A stretch of DNA of 64,000 nt, from IMG/VR virus record IMGVR_UViG_3300042901_002340. One strand, 5' to 3'. Of the stretch, positions 19,274-29,007 are shown in pieces. The position numbers were made by a program, and so were the translations under genes. Below the pieces are notes generated by a model that did not search any database, was not told the DNA's origin, and was given only the letters and a program-made list of their open reading frames with translations. The stretch is from a virus. Taxonomy: Duplodnaviria; Heunggongvirae; Uroviricota; Caudoviricetes. Numbering within the stretch: the stretch's first letter is position 1; each line of letters opens with the position of its first letter.

Positions 19274-20095
19274 TTATTCAATATCTTCGATACCGCTACC
19301 AAATATTTGCTTCGTTTTTGTCGAGGTAAATCCTGGTTTGTAATCAATCTCCTGTCTCTTCAGAATTCTGTTATATGCATTATTAGGAAAGGTCTGCAGT
19401 AATATATTATTAGCTTTTGCTATGTTTTGTGACTTCACTTCTAAAGCTAAATATCCAGCTCTTTGTGTTTCAACGAATTGTGATAAGTCTGCATAGAAGT
19501 TGCTAAATTGATCATATGGTATCGGTTGATTTTCTTGTAACCATTTCCAGGTAAGTTTTTCTCCGTCACGTCTTCCGTCCATGATCATCTTAGTTATCTC
19601 GATGAACGTCTCTTTATTTTCGATCAGCACATTGTGTTTAAGGGTATAAGATTTCCACATGTTGTCGTAGTATGTTTCTTTCTCCTGGCTCACTTGAGCA
19701 TAATCATTTTGGTATAGAACGGTTTGGTTATAGATGGCTTTTGAATCCTTATAGAATCGGCTCAATCCGATAACTAGAAGTAACAGAACTAATAAACCAG
19801 CTACGCTTCCGAATGGATTTTTATCGCCGTCCTTAGATTCTCTGAAATCCCATTCTAAATTCTCATCCAATGACTTTCTCATTAGAATAACTACGTAGAC
19901 AAATAATCCTACTAGGAAAGCAATGTTGAATGTTGTGTGCATTGCTGAAAAACTTAAGGAACCATTGTCCTTTACCGTGTCACCTGGGAACTGTACCGTC
20001 CACATGAAGCCAAATGCCAAAAGCGAGATGACTGTGCCAATCATCTTCGAGATGAATTCTGGCTTACTTAATTTACCTTTTTTAAAGATACTCAT
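19274..20095 (-). CDS. LemA-like membrane protein (paralog of 25938..26495)
   Basis: N-terminal TM helices. The shared block YD.MWK...M.GR.DG..L..KW.QE..P...F..LYADLS...E.QR.G resembles the LemA family. Confidence 0.45.
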   Translation of the reverse strand: MSIFKKGKLSKPEFISKMIGTVISLLAFGFMWTVQFPGDTVKDNGSLSFSAMHTTFNIAFLVGLFVYVVILMRKSLDENLEWDFRESKDGDKNPFGSVAGLLVLLLLVIGLSRFYKDSKAIYNQTVLYQNDYAQVSQEKETYYDNMWKSYTLKHNVLIENKETFIEITKMIMDGRRDGEKLTWKWLQENQPIPYDQFSNFYADLSQFVETQRAGYLALEVKSQNIAKANNILLQTFPNNAYNRILKRQEIDYKPGFTSTKTKQIFGSGIEDIE

Positions 20096-20120
20096 AGAAT
20101 TGATTGTTAATTGTTAATTT

Positions 20121-21374
20121 TTATTTTTGCTCGTCATCAGTCCATGTAATGACTGGACAATTCTTTTTATACATACTATGAATTAAATCCCTAACCATTC
20201 CGAAGAAATCCACCATATATATAATACCCTGTACGATTGATCTGAATAGAGGTTCTACCCAACCAAAGAGGAATTTAAAACCTCTCCCTATACCCCTGCC
20301 GAATTTATAAACTGGCATCTTGGGACTTGGAATTTTTGGTGGATTGATCTTGCTCATTTGCATAAAGGTCCATTTGAGGGATGGGTTTATAACATACTTG
20401 AATGATATGTATATTACAAATCCTGCAGCTACCACCGAAGCTATTGTTAAAATTGCATATCCCACATATTTCCAATTTATCCAACCAACTGCTTTAACAG
20501 TGGCTACACCTAATCCCCAGATTATAAAGTAAGACATGATAACCACCAGACCTATACCAATGATCTTAGAAGTTTTGGACTGTTTAAATTCCTCTATCTT
20601 TACTTCTCTCACCTTTTTATTTTGGTATTTTTCCTCATCTTTCTGATCTCGTATTTCTCTTTTTAGCCTTGCTTCCTCGTCTCTTCTCATTCTTTCCTCC
20701 CTCTCCTCTTGACATTTTTGGTTATACCAAGCGGATCCTTTATCCTCTATTGCATATCTGTCCTTAAAATGAAGTTCGTATTGATACTTCTTAAAGATCT
20801 TACTGTGTGTAAGTACATAGGCTTCTCTATCAGTCATGGTTGGAAGTTTATCCAAGCAACTTTTAACAAAAGCTGCTCTTCTTTTTTCGTCCATCCTTTT
20901 AGAATATGTTGAGCAAGATTCGATGAAATTTGCCCCCATCTTACCAGTCATTTTGACAAGTAAAATAAGTGGGAATGTTAAAAATACCACAACCATTATC
21001 CAGAAATAAGGACACATGGTAGGGTGAACTTTATGTGGTTCTTTACCAAAAACCCATTTGTATACTTTACAATGCCAAGCATCCTTCTTGAAAGTGTAGA
21101 AATTCTTTTTTGGTTTTGGTTCTGCTGTTAGCCCGGGAATGTATTTGTTTTCCAGGCTAATGTCATACCCCTCAATACCCAGCTGACATTTACAGATTTT
21201 GTTCTCTCTGTCAATATCCCATTTTGTTGAGATGTAGACAGATTCAATATCTGGATTTTCTTTGATTTGATCTTTGTCCTGAACCTTACCGATTATTACG
21301 GTTCTAGATTCATTTAGGATCATGCTCTTCAATTCATATCCAGATTTGGTGGTGTGCAAATTTGAAAGTTTCAT
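20121..21374 (-). CDS. Hypothetical membrane protein with a charged coiled-coil segment
   Basis: 417 aa, several predicted TM helices, and an E/K/R-rich central region. Confidence 0.55.
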   Translation of the reverse strand: MKLSNLHTTKSGYELKSMILNESRTVIIGKVQDKDQIKENPDIESVYISTKWDIDRENKICKCQLGIEGYDISLENKYIPGLTAEPKPKKNFYTFKKDAWHCKVYKWVFGKEPHKVHPTMCPYFWIMVVVFLTFPLILLVKMTGKMGANFIESCSTYSKRMDEKRRAAFVKSCLDKLPTMTDREAYVLTHSKIFKKYQYELHFKDRYAIEDKGSAWYNQKCQEEREERMRRDEEARLKREIRDQKDEEKYQNKKVREVKIEEFKQSKTSKIIGIGLVVIMSYFIIWGLGVATVKAVGWINWKYVGYAILTIASVVAAGFVIYISFKYVINPSLKWTFMQMSKINPPKIPSPKMPVYKFGRGIGRGFKFLFGWVEPLFRSIVQGIIYMVDFFGMVRDLIHSMYKKNCPVITWTDDEQK

Positions 21375-21395
21375 TTTTGTTTTATTTAATTACAT

Positions 21396-21430
21396 GGCAA
21401 ATGTATGAAACATTTTCGATATAAAAAAAT
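21396..21430 (-). promoter_or_regulatory. Conserved promoter element (ggcaaatgtatg ... ttcgatataaaaaaat)
   Basis: Lies upstream of the start of 20121..21374. In gene orientation TACATTTG matches TAnnTTTG. Confidence 0.5.
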
Positions 21431-21445
21431 TATTTTGCATATTTT

Positions 21446-21844
21446 TTATATTATAAAATGAACATATTTACCTCTATAGCTTTCAAGCTCTTTAAATATG
21501 GAATGACCATTCTCATCAGCAACATAATCGAATCCACCATATCCACAAGTCCATTCCGAATAGCATCCATATATCAGATTAGCATAAAGCATGGATGTTA
21601 CCACCTCGGCGCTTTGCTGTTCGAAAGATTTCTCATCTTCCGGCTTCTCGTCAAGTATAACATAACGAACGTGATATCTTGGACTTTGTTTCGTGGAGTC
21701 ATTCCAATGATCCTCCTCGCTTTGAGCAAATAGCTCCTCTAGTTTCTTATATAAAGAAACTCCATCTATTTCTATATCCTGAATGCTTTCACAGCATGTA
21801 ACTGATATTCTCTCTCCTGATTTTATAACACCTTTTAATTCCAT
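21446..21844 (-). CDS. Hypothetical protein
   Basis: 132-aa ORF. Confidence 0.5.
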   Translation of the reverse strand: MELKGVIKSGERISVTCCESIQDIEIDGVSLYKKLEELFAQSEEDHWNDSTKQSPRYHVRYVILDEKPEDEKSFEQQSAEVVTSMLYANLIYGCYSEWTCGYGGFDYVADENGHSIFKELESYRGKYVHFII

Positions 21845-21847
21845 AAT

Positions 21848-22405
21848 TTAAACTTTTTCGTCAAAAAATACTTCAAATTCGTCTCTCGAGTAAACCCCAA
21901 AAAGACCAGATCGTGCTGGTTCATTGATTGATACGGTTCCTCCAAAATCATCTCTTTCACCATATCTATATTTTAGTGATCTCTTGGTGAATGCCTTTTG
22001 CCATGACTTTATATCTGTTTTAACCCAAGATCCGTGTCTATCTATAACTTCATTTGGTTTTACGTGATCCCTCAAATGATGCCAGATGTTCCCATCCATT
22101 TTAATAAACTCTTTTCTCATGGAGCTTATAGCTTTCTTTCTTCTTTTATTGTAATCATCCCAGAGTTTTTCTGATTCCTCTATTGTTCTATTTTCATCAT
22201 ATTCAACCTCCTTTGGAACAGTACTTGGTTGGTATCTTCCCATAGAACTAATAAGAAAAAACTCTTGGGCAATCTTAGGCATAGCGTAGAAACCTCTAGT
22301 AGCGGGTGGGGAATGATACGTAGCCGGTTCTGGCTTGTACCCCTTCTGCTTCTTTGGGTTAACCCCGCCGAATCTAACGAACGTATTTAGATCTTTTCCT
22401 TTCAT
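21848..22405 (-). CDS. Hypothetical protein
   Basis: 185-aa ORF. Confidence 0.5.
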   Translation of the reverse strand: MKGKDLNTFVRFGGVNPKKQKGYKPEPATYHSPPATRGFYAMPKIAQEFFLISSMGRYQPSTVPKEVEYDENRTIEESEKLWDDYNKRRKKAISSMRKEFIKMDGNIWHHLRDHVKPNEVIDRHGSWVKTDIKSWQKAFTKRSLKYRYGERDDFGGTVSINEPARSGLFGVYSRDEFEVFFDEKV

Positions 22406-22447
22406 GCTGCAAATGTATTAAATGGAAGCGAAATAAAAAAATAAAAT

Positions 22448-22834
22448 TCATCTTATTTTACTCCATTCTATTAAAGTGGAGTCTGAAATTATTTGGTCCC
22501 TATTCGGATCATATAGATTAAGTGATAATTTGAATGGCCTTCCTCCATCCTCAATTCCAAAAATATCCAATCTTGGTTGATAGAAATACTCTTTATCTGG
22601 ATCGGGTATTCTACATTCTAAACATCTACCGAAAAGTTTACCGTATATCATGGCGTCACCCAGAACAGGTGATTCACATCTGGCTACACCGTTTCCTTCC
22701 GTCCAATATTGAACACACTCAGATACACCGCATGTCTGACAGACGTGATGTTTTGCATAATGTAGTCTATTATTTATAAGAATAGTTTCTTTTAGATCAT
22801 AGCCATTAGGATTTATGAGTGTTATTTCATCCAT
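22448..22834 (-). CDS. Hypothetical Cys-rich protein
   Basis: 128 aa. CQTCGVSEC...CLEC is a zinc-binding-like motif. Confidence 0.45.
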   Translation of the reverse strand: MDEITLINPNGYDLKETILINNRLHYAKHHVCQTCGVSECVQYWTEGNGVARCESPVLGDAMIYGKLFGRCLECRIPDPDKEYFYQPRLDIFGIEDGGRPFKLSLNLYDPNRDQIISDSTLIEWSKIR

Positions 22835-23154
22835 TATAAATCTTTGGCCAATACCTTGACCCTCTCTATGGATTCGGAGGGTATGGTATAATATGCATTT
22901 TTTAAATTTCCAATTGATTCATTATACCTTGCTTGATCAAATGTTATATTATAGTAGGATTCATTTGATCGAATATCTGGTGAAAGCTTATGAATCTCTT
23001 CTATCTTTTCGTTAGATAGAACATAGTATGAGGATTTTAATTTATTAATTGCTCTGGAGTATTCTAACTGATCAAATGTTTGTTCGTAAGATTTTGGTAG
23101 TTTAAGCATGATGTTATGTTTTATGTTGATGTTAATTATAGATAAAAAAGGCAA
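22834..23154 (-). CDS. Hypothetical protein with an internal duplication
   Basis: 106 aa. Two similar halves (..YSRAINKLKSSYYVLSNEKIEEIHKL.. and ..YNESIGNLKNAYYTIPSESIERVKVL..). Confidence 0.45.
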   Translation of the reverse strand: MPFLSIININIKHNIMLKLPKSYEQTFDQLEYSRAINKLKSSYYVLSNEKIEEIHKLSPDIRSNESYYNITFDQARYNESIGNLKNAYYTIPSESIERVKVLAKDL

Positions 23155-23228
23155 AAGTTTTCAATTTTTTTCCAATATATAGATCAGATAACTAGAATCT
23201 CTCAATTTTTTTCCACTAAAGATGAAAA

Positions 23229-23495
23229 TTGTGCAAAAAAATTCCATTATGGACATCGAAACCCCCAAGAAAAATGCAGAGAAAAAACATTCAGACAATT
23301 GTTCTGATCCTGGCGACATTCTTCAACCCACTAGGCTTCGACGCACTTTTTGCATTAGTGATGCATTGGACAGGATCATATCTGATAACAGATGGTATAT
23401 TTTATTGCCTCTCGGCTTTTTTCTTTGGAATCTATTTTTGGATTTCAGGAAAGAAAATTAGTATACCAAAGTTAAAAAGAAAAAGTCAATCCTGA
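23229..23495 (+). CDS. Small membrane protein (holin-like topology, speculative)
   Basis: 88 aa with two hydrophobic helices, followed by the hairpin terminator aagtcaatcctgagattgactttttt. Preferred over the overlapping frame 23222..23461. Confidence 0.4.
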   Translation: MCKKIPLWTSKPPRKMQRKNIQTIVLILATFFNPLGFDALFALVMHWTGSYLITDGIFYCLSAFFFGIYFWISGKKISIPKLKRKSQS

Positions 23496-23506
23496 GATTG
23501 ACTTTT

Positions 23507-23689
23507 TTATACATTTTCCTTAAATAGAAGCTTTAGACATTCTTTTATATCTTCATCATCGGTTTCATTATAAAGAACTGATGGATGTTTCCCGCTACAT
23601 TTCAGCATGACATTATCAACAAATTCCTCACTCCACTTAAGCTTGGCCTGGTGTACATCCCAGCCCTTAATAACTATAGCTCCAATCAT
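23507..23689 (-). CDS. Hypothetical small protein
   Basis: 60-aa ORF. Confidence 0.35.
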   Translation of the reverse strand: MIGAIVIKGWDVHQAKLKWSEEFVDNVMLKCSGKHPSVLYNETDDEDIKECLKLLFKENV

Positions 23690-23714
23690 TTTATTTTTTT
23701 AAGATATATATTCC

Positions 23715-24317
23715 ATGATAAATTTAATGAATTTCCGAATCTTCGAAAGCTACGGTGAGAAATATTCGATGGATGATATAAAAGAACTCCCAGCCTTTAA
23801 ATTGCTTCTTGCTATGGGATATTATGAAACTAGTACACCAGCGATGAAAAAACACACGAGCGTAAGGTTATACAACGATGAACTTGAATTGAATGATCCC
23901 GATGATAATATTATTGTTTATTCTAGTGGTTACATTAGAAGAAATACACCAGCCAGATATAAGCCTAGTAATCAAAGTGTTAGAATAAAATTTGACGGAG
24001 AGGAAACATTGGGAAGATGGAACGATCAGTTTCTATATGTTTATGATTGGACACTGAAACAATACAAGAAGAAGGGAATAGCTAGTAAATATGGAGATAT
24101 TGAAAAATCAGAATTTTTAAATACCGATTCTATTATCGATTTCATGGTTAAAAAAAATGCTAAGGATGCAACATTGATATTTTCTCTATATGATTCACTT
24201 AATGATATGCAAAGGGATAAATTTATAAAAAAAATAAAAACAACCAGAAAAGATTTTGAGGATAGAATGAGGAAATATAAGACAGCAATGAATATATTAG
24301 ACAAATGGTTAAAATAA
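23715..24317 (+). CDS. Hypothetical protein
   Basis: 200-aa ORF. A terminator hairpin lies at 24320..24338. Confidence 0.5.
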   Translation: MINLMNFRIFESYGEKYSMDDIKELPAFKLLLAMGYYETSTPAMKKHTSVRLYNDELELNDPDDNIIVYSSGYIRRNTPARYKPSNQSVRIKFDGEETLGRWNDQFLYVYDWTLKQYKKKGIASKYGDIEKSEFLNTDSIIDFMVKKNAKDATLIFSLYDSLNDMQRDKFIKKIKTTRKDFEDRMRKYKTAMNILDKWLK

Positions 24318-24319
24318 AA

Positions 24320-24344
24320 AATCCAGCTTAAGCTGGATTTTTTA
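24320..24344. terminator. Intrinsic terminator (atccagcttaagctggat plus a T-run)
   Basis: Perfect 7-bp stem followed by T6. Confidence 0.6.
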
Positions 24345-24711
24345 TTTTCTTCCATTTTATTTTATCTAAGATGTATTCACACTGGATTACGATTTTACTG
24401 AATTGGACCATATCGAAATTTATTGCTATGACCTTCATTCCTTTCCATTTCTTATCGAATTCACCTAAATCGGTAGAAGGCCAAGTGTTCTCCTGATGCG
24501 CACTTATCAATGGTCCTCCTGGCGGGTCAATAGCTATAATGTTTGTTCCAACCTCACCCCTTATAGTTCTAAGACCACCTGGCATAAACCCAGTCATTTC
24601 AAATTCTAATAGACCAATTCTTTTAAAGAGAATCTTATCCGAATGTCTATTTAGATATGTTGCTTTTTCCTTAATAGTATCCATTCCTTTTGTTACCGTT
24701 GAACATGTCAT
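24328..24711 (-). CDS. Hypothetical protein
   Basis: 127-aa ORF. Confidence 0.45.
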   Translation of the reverse strand: MTCSTVTKGMDTIKEKATYLNRHSDKILFKRIGLLEFEMTGFMPGGLRTIRGEVGTNIIAIDPPGGPLISAHQENTWPSTDLGEFDKKWKGMKVIAINFDMVQFSKIVIQCEYILDKIKWKKIKNPA

Positions 24712-25882
24712 TTAGTGGATCATCATTTCCGTCTATATCATTAACAACTGCCCAATAACAAATCCATATAGTTAGTGCAAGAGTTATAAGGAATGTAACC
24801 CATTTAGCCCAGGTTGGCGGATCCACTGAGATGTATGAGAATTCACTAAAGTCTTTTCTCTTAAATTCCCTATCAACATTATACCAAACCGCATTTGATA
24901 ACTTTGAAGCATCAAACTCTTTGTGCTTCATTATGTCCTCCCGAACATCCGGTATTATTCTTCTGATTGGACTCCAACTGAAAGGTTTAACCCATTGTAT
25001 ATGTCTCGATTTACTTGATAATCCAACACATACTACAATTTCGTTATCGTTACCCCCGTCCCAATAAGCCTCCTGCATATCTGCAGCAACCGATGGCATG
25101 TCTTTGAAATATAGAAAATATATTCTTGCGTGTTTCTTTACGCCAAGCTTTCCATTTAGGAACGTAGCCCATTGGTTCATGTACCACTTGTCTCTCTTAT
25201 TTACCCATTTAATGCTATCTAAACCAAGAACCATTTTTTGATCATATCCGTTAACGTTGGGATAATCAAATAGTTTATATTGTTTCTTGTCATTGTCGGA
25301 TATAATCGGATAATCAAATGCTGTATGGGCTGCCTGAACTCTATTTTCGTAACTGTTCTCTGTTGTTGTAGATTCAGCAGTAAGTGGTAACCCGTTCCAG
25401 TTTATCTGGTATGCATCACCATCCTGTCCACAACCCCCGTGATAGTTGATATTCCTGCCGAGTTCAATAAATTGTGGTTTAGCTGACCATTTTTTCATTA
25501 GCCTATTATACTCAGCCTGTGTGATATTCCAGGTTTGTCCCAATGAATTCTTAATTTCCCATTCGGGTCCGTTTTCGTCACAGTATGAGCAATCATAGTA
25601 AACTGTTCTTCTGCAATTCTTACCACACGAGACAGTATAACTACATGTTTTATTAACCCATGTTGTGTATGGTTCGTAATATCTTGCCGATACAATTAAA
25701 GCTCCGCGATATTCGGTATCGGTCACCTGTACCTTCTCGACTATGGCCTTAAAGATAGCTATGAATGATAGACAAGCCAATAGCGGGATCAAAACTTCCC
25801 ACCAAGTCAATTTCTTCGAGAAAAATTTAAGCAGCACTATGGCGCCTATAATCGGTATTAAGAGACATAACCAGATAGACAT
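24671..25882 (-). CDS. Hypothetical membrane protein (TM helices at both ends)
   Basis: 403 aa. Hydrophobic segments at the N-terminus and C-terminus. Confidence 0.55.
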   Translation of the reverse strand: MSIWLCLLIPIIGAIVLLKFFSKKLTWWEVLIPLLACLSFIAIFKAIVEKVQVTDTEYRGALIVSARYYEPYTTWVNKTCSYTVSCGKNCRRTVYYDCSYCDENGPEWEIKNSLGQTWNITQAEYNRLMKKWSAKPQFIELGRNINYHGGCGQDGDAYQINWNGLPLTAESTTTENSYENRVQAAHTAFDYPIISDNDKKQYKLFDYPNVNGYDQKMVLGLDSIKWVNKRDKWYMNQWATFLNGKLGVKKHARIYFLYFKDMPSVAADMQEAYWDGGNDNEIVVCVGLSSKSRHIQWVKPFSWSPIRRIIPDVREDIMKHKEFDASKLSNAVWYNVDREFKRKDFSEFSYISVDPPTWAKWVTFLITLALTIWICYWAVVNDIDGNDDPLNDMFNGNKRNGYY

Positions 25883-25937
25883 AATCTTTACTTTTTAGAA
25901 GAAAGGCAGACCGAAGTCTGCCTTTGATTTGTTTTTA

Positions 25938-26495
25938 TTAAAATACTTTGGTGTCGTTGTCCTTGCCAGTTTTTATGACGTCGTCAGTTTTATCGGAAGT
26001 GATTGGCTTATAGGTTAATCGGGTTCTGCCCATGAAGCTGGAAAGAATAAATCCTGACGGGAATTTGGTCATGATGTTATCATGTGCTAATACAATATCC
26101 ATAATCATTTTCTCCTGCATGAAGAAACCATCCCTCTGGCCTTCTATAGTACGACTAAGATCCGCATATAAAGCTGATACTTGATCAAAGTTTGCATTTG
26201 GGTTTGATTCTTGCACCCATTTCATAACAAGTCCCTGTGCGTCCTTACGTCCCGACATAATGATGTTAACGTTACGAACGAATGAACTGTCATTCTTAAC
26301 AGCGATTTGTGATTTCTGAGAGATAGTTTTCCACATTTTATCGTAGAAAGCTGTACGTTCGTCCATTTTTTGTTTGAAGCGATTTCTTAAATCTACTTCT
26401 TCATTGCTTGTCGAGATAACGCTTGAGAATAACCCGAAGATCACGATAAGTACCAAACCAATAATACCAAACTTGATAATTTTACTAGTGTCCAT
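25938..26495 (-). CDS. LemA-like membrane protein (paralog of 19274..20095)
   Basis: 185 aa with an N-terminal TM helix. Motifs are shared with 19274..20095. Length and topology fit LemA. Confidence 0.45.
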   Translation of the reverse strand: MDTSKIIKFGIIGLVLIVIFGLFSSVISTSNEEVDLRNRFKQKMDERTAFYDKMWKTISQKSQIAVKNDSSFVRNVNIIMSGRKDAQGLVMKWVQESNPNANFDQVSALYADLSRTIEGQRDGFFMQEKMIMDIVLAHDNIMTKFPSGFILSSFMGRTRLTYKPITSDKTDDVIKTGKDNDTKVF

Positions 26496-26537
26496 TTTTG
26501 TGTTTTTTAATTTTAATTGTTGTTATTTAATTATAGG

Positions 26538-26571
26538 GCAAATATATGGAAAAGATTCAACATAAAAAAAT
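26538..26571 (-). promoter_or_regulatory. Conserved promoter element (ggcaaatatatg ... ttcaacataaaaaaat)
   Basis: Lies upstream of 25938..26495. Confidence 0.5.
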
Positions 26572-26607
26572 ATTTAAGGAATTATTTCATTAAATTGTCA
26601 TATAATA

Positions 26608-27192
26608 ATGAAAATAAATATGAAGGAAGAAACAAAATCAAAGGCCATAACTTTCTGCGGTGCTCCGAGTTCGGGAAAAAGTACATTAGCAACTTCAATA
26701 CATCATGGACTTAAGGTTAGAAAGAAAAATTCCATATTTGTTGGTGAAGCTGCAACCGATTACATAGCTGAATGGGGAATACCGGACACACCAACGGATC
26801 AATTAGTCATATTCTATAAGCAGCTCGGAAGGGAAAGAATGTATGTTGGTTCTAAGGATTGGATAATATGTGATTCGAGTACAATCTTAAATTACTTTTA
26901 TTTCAGATCTCTCTTTGGAAACCAGTTATCTCTTAAAGATATTGCAACTATTAACCACGTACAAAAGGAGATACTTAAATCTTTGAGCCAGTGGCATAAG
27001 ATCTACTATGTTCCTCCATTCTTGGAGGACGATGAGAACGATGGAATAAGGTTCCACAATAAGGAGGAAATAATTAGATTGGATTCCATAATTAAAAACT
27101 ATTTGGAACTTGAAAGAATACCATATGTTGATCTTTCAGTTATTCCAATAGAAAATAGAACGGAGTGGGTTCTTAAGGATCTGTTGTCCTAG
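26608..27192 (+). CDS. P-loop NTPase, NadR-type (AAA_28) kinase; possible nicotinamide riboside kinase
   Basis: Walker A ITFCGAPSSGKSTLA. Block order resembles the NadR ribosylnicotinamide-kinase domain: ..DTDF/ICDSS.., DG.R.., then the tail ..VPYIEI/IPYVDL... Confidence 0.4.
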   Translation: MKINMKEETKSKAITFCGAPSSGKSTLATSIHHGLKVRKKNSIFVGEAATDYIAEWGIPDTPTDQLVIFYKQLGRERMYVGSKDWIICDSSTILNYFYFRSLFGNQLSLKDIATINHVQKEILKSLSQWHKIYYVPPFLEDDENDGIRFHNKEEIIRLDSIIKNYLELERIPYVDLSVIPIENRTEWVLKDLLS

Positions 27193-27419
27193 TCGATCAT
27201 TCCCTTTGCTTTGAACATGTTGTAGTTGACTCTTATCTCACCACCTTCAACATCATCACTTCTTAGAAGTACGTCAAATTCACCAGGTTCTTCTACTATA
27301 TAGCGATCCCCCATATATTTAACCTTGTCCCCTCTCCTTAGGGCCATGAATTTGTCAAGTGTTGTTGCTCCGTAAGCTGAAGATATTGAATAATCTTCGA
27401 ATATTTGTAAGTGTTTCAT
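27189..27419 (-). CDS. Hypothetical small protein
   Basis: 76-aa ORF. Confidence 0.4.
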   Translation of the reverse strand: MKHLQIFEDYSISSAYGATTLDKFMALRRGDKVKYMGDRYIVEEPGEFDVLLRSDDVEGGEIRVNYNMFKAKGMID

Positions 27420-27848
27420 TTAGTAAGTTATATCTTTCCATGAATCTAATACTGATGCATTGTCATTCAGGAATTTTTTAAAATTTGTCTCTAAAACAGA
27501 TTCCCGCCATAATGGGGTTTTTCCATTTTTTGCATTTAGCATTATTCTAGGACCCTTAAGTCCCATATTTTTCTTTATGTGGGACGGATCAGAAACTATA
27601 GATACGGCTTTAAAGTTACCGTCTTGTTTTGCTATTCTGTAAGGTTGGAAATCTAAATGAGCCATCCTACCCCCACCTGCTGATGTTATCTTTTTAATTT
27701 TAAATGCGTACATTCTAGTTATCTCGTTGATGGTTAAACCTCTAACAAGTAATATACCACCTTCAACCCAATCCTGTGGGTCTGCCATTTGATTTTCATT
27801 TATGAATGAATTGAAGTTTAATATGTTTTCCATACTGTATATATTCAA
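27420..27848 (-). CDS. Hypothetical protein
   Basis: 142-aa ORF. Confidence 0.45.
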   Translation of the reverse strand: MNIYSMENILNFNSFINENQMADPQDWVEGGILLVRGLTINEITRMYAFKIKKITSAGGGRMAHLDFQPYRIAKQDGNFKAVSIVSDPSHIKKNMGLKGPRIMLNAKNGKTPLWRESVLETNFKKFLNDNASVLDSWKDITY

Positions 27849-27883
27849 ACAAATAAAGATATATAGAATAAAAAATTAGCGAC

Positions 27884-28150
27884 ATGAAAAAATTTCTGAT
27901 AGACATGTTTTCTAGCAATAATGAGGTTTCTTCGAAAAGAATTGCTTCTATTTTTGTGCTAATTAATATTGTGATACTAGCTTATATTGCTACATTCAGA
28001 TCAGAGGATGGAGTAACACCGGAATTTATGTACGATTCTCTTTGCCTTATAGCAGGTGGGGGATTGGGATTAAGCGTTATTGAAAAAATACTTGCATTAA
28101 AATATAAGGGTAAGGATGAAACCCCATCGGATTCAAATCAAACTAAATAA
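27884..28150 (+). CDS. Small membrane protein
   Basis: 88 aa with two hydrophobic helices. Confidence 0.4.
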   Translation: MKKFLIDMFSSNNEVSSKRIASIFVLINIVILAYIATFRSEDGVTPEFMYDSLCLIAGGGLGLSVIEKILALKYKGKDETPSDSNQTK

Positions 28151-28151
28151 A

Positions 28152-28424
28152 ATGGAAAATATTAAAAGTTACGAAAGATTCAACGATTACGTTGGTGAAA
28201 ATTGGGATGCTGATTCACAGAAACAATCATGTATGAGTGAAAAAGCAATAACCAAAATGAAAAAACTTTGCGAAAAGCATTTAATGGACGAGGCTAACGA
28301 ATATCATAATGATATGGACGAGGCTCATACATATGAGGGGTATATAGAGGAATGTCAGAGTATGTTGAAGGAGATGCTAGGACAACCTGGATACGCATCG
28401 GTAGGAAAGCCATTTGCAAATTAA
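28152..28424 (+). CDS. Hypothetical small acidic protein (start moved to MENIKSY to avoid overlap)
   Basis: ORF 28116..28424 has an internal Met at 28152. A terminator hairpin follows at about 28430..28455. Confidence 0.4.
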   Translation: MENIKSYERFNDYVGENWDADSQKQSCMSEKAITKMKKLCEKHLMDEANEYHNDMDEAHTYEGYIEECQSMLKEMLGQPGYASVGKPFAN

Positions 28425-28437
28425 AAAAGCTGAAGAT

Positions 28438-29007
28438 TTATTCTTCAGCTTTTTTTACCCCGAAGGTTTTATTATAAACATCCTCGATGGCCTTTATTCC
28501 TGATTCGTCTATCTCCCTTGTACCTACGCCTGCAAAATTTTCGGTCAATTTGGGTGTTTCAATAATTGTCCAAGATCCTGAAGAATATGTGTGCCATTCT
28601 TTAACTAATTGACAGAAAACAAAAACTGGCATTTCTTTATCAATTGCCATCTGAACTGCCCAGCCTGTTCCTCCACTTACTAGATTGTTTTCTATTCTTG
28701 ATATTGCAAAAACAGAATCAGATTTATTAACCTGAAACCAATTTCTTCTCAGAAGATTATTAACATAAGCATTTCTGGTTGGGTATTTCCTTTTCAGAGT
28801 TTTATTTGCTTTAATAAGATCCGAATCAATTATCTTTTCTAGTTTATCTGACATCTTTATTGATGCATTACCCTTCGTTGTTTTATATCCATCTATAAAA
28901 TAATGATTGAATTCTCTTAGACCAAAACGACGTCCGATGATTTCCCATGTGATATCCGCTCCTATTGCTCCACCAGAATGTAAAACATAAGTTTTATTAT
29001 TCATCAT
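28438..29007 (-). CDS. SLOG / DprA-like Rossmann-fold nucleotide-binding protein
   Basis: N-terminal VLHSGGAIGADITWE is a GGAxGAD glycine-rich loop like SLOG, LOG and DprA families. Central ...SGGTGWAVQMAI. Confidence 0.4.
   Translation of the reverse strand: MMNNKTYVLHSGGAIGADITWEIIGRRFGLREFNHYFIDGYKTTKGNASIKMSDKLEKIIDSDLIKANKTLKRKYPTRNAYVNNLLRRNWFQVNKSDSVFAISRIENNLVSGGTGWAVQMAIDKEMPVFVFCQLVKEWHTYSSGSWTIIETPKLTENFAGVGTREIDESGIKAIEDVYNKTFGVKKAEE

Noticed and set aside
21458-21733. Plus-strand ORF 21458..21733 opposite 21446..21844, and plus ORFs 29150..29452, 29901..30122, 31256..31498, 36697..36906
   Set aside because: They are antisense to longer minus-strand ORFs within a long co-directional minus-strand gene block, and have no promoter motif in the plus orientation.
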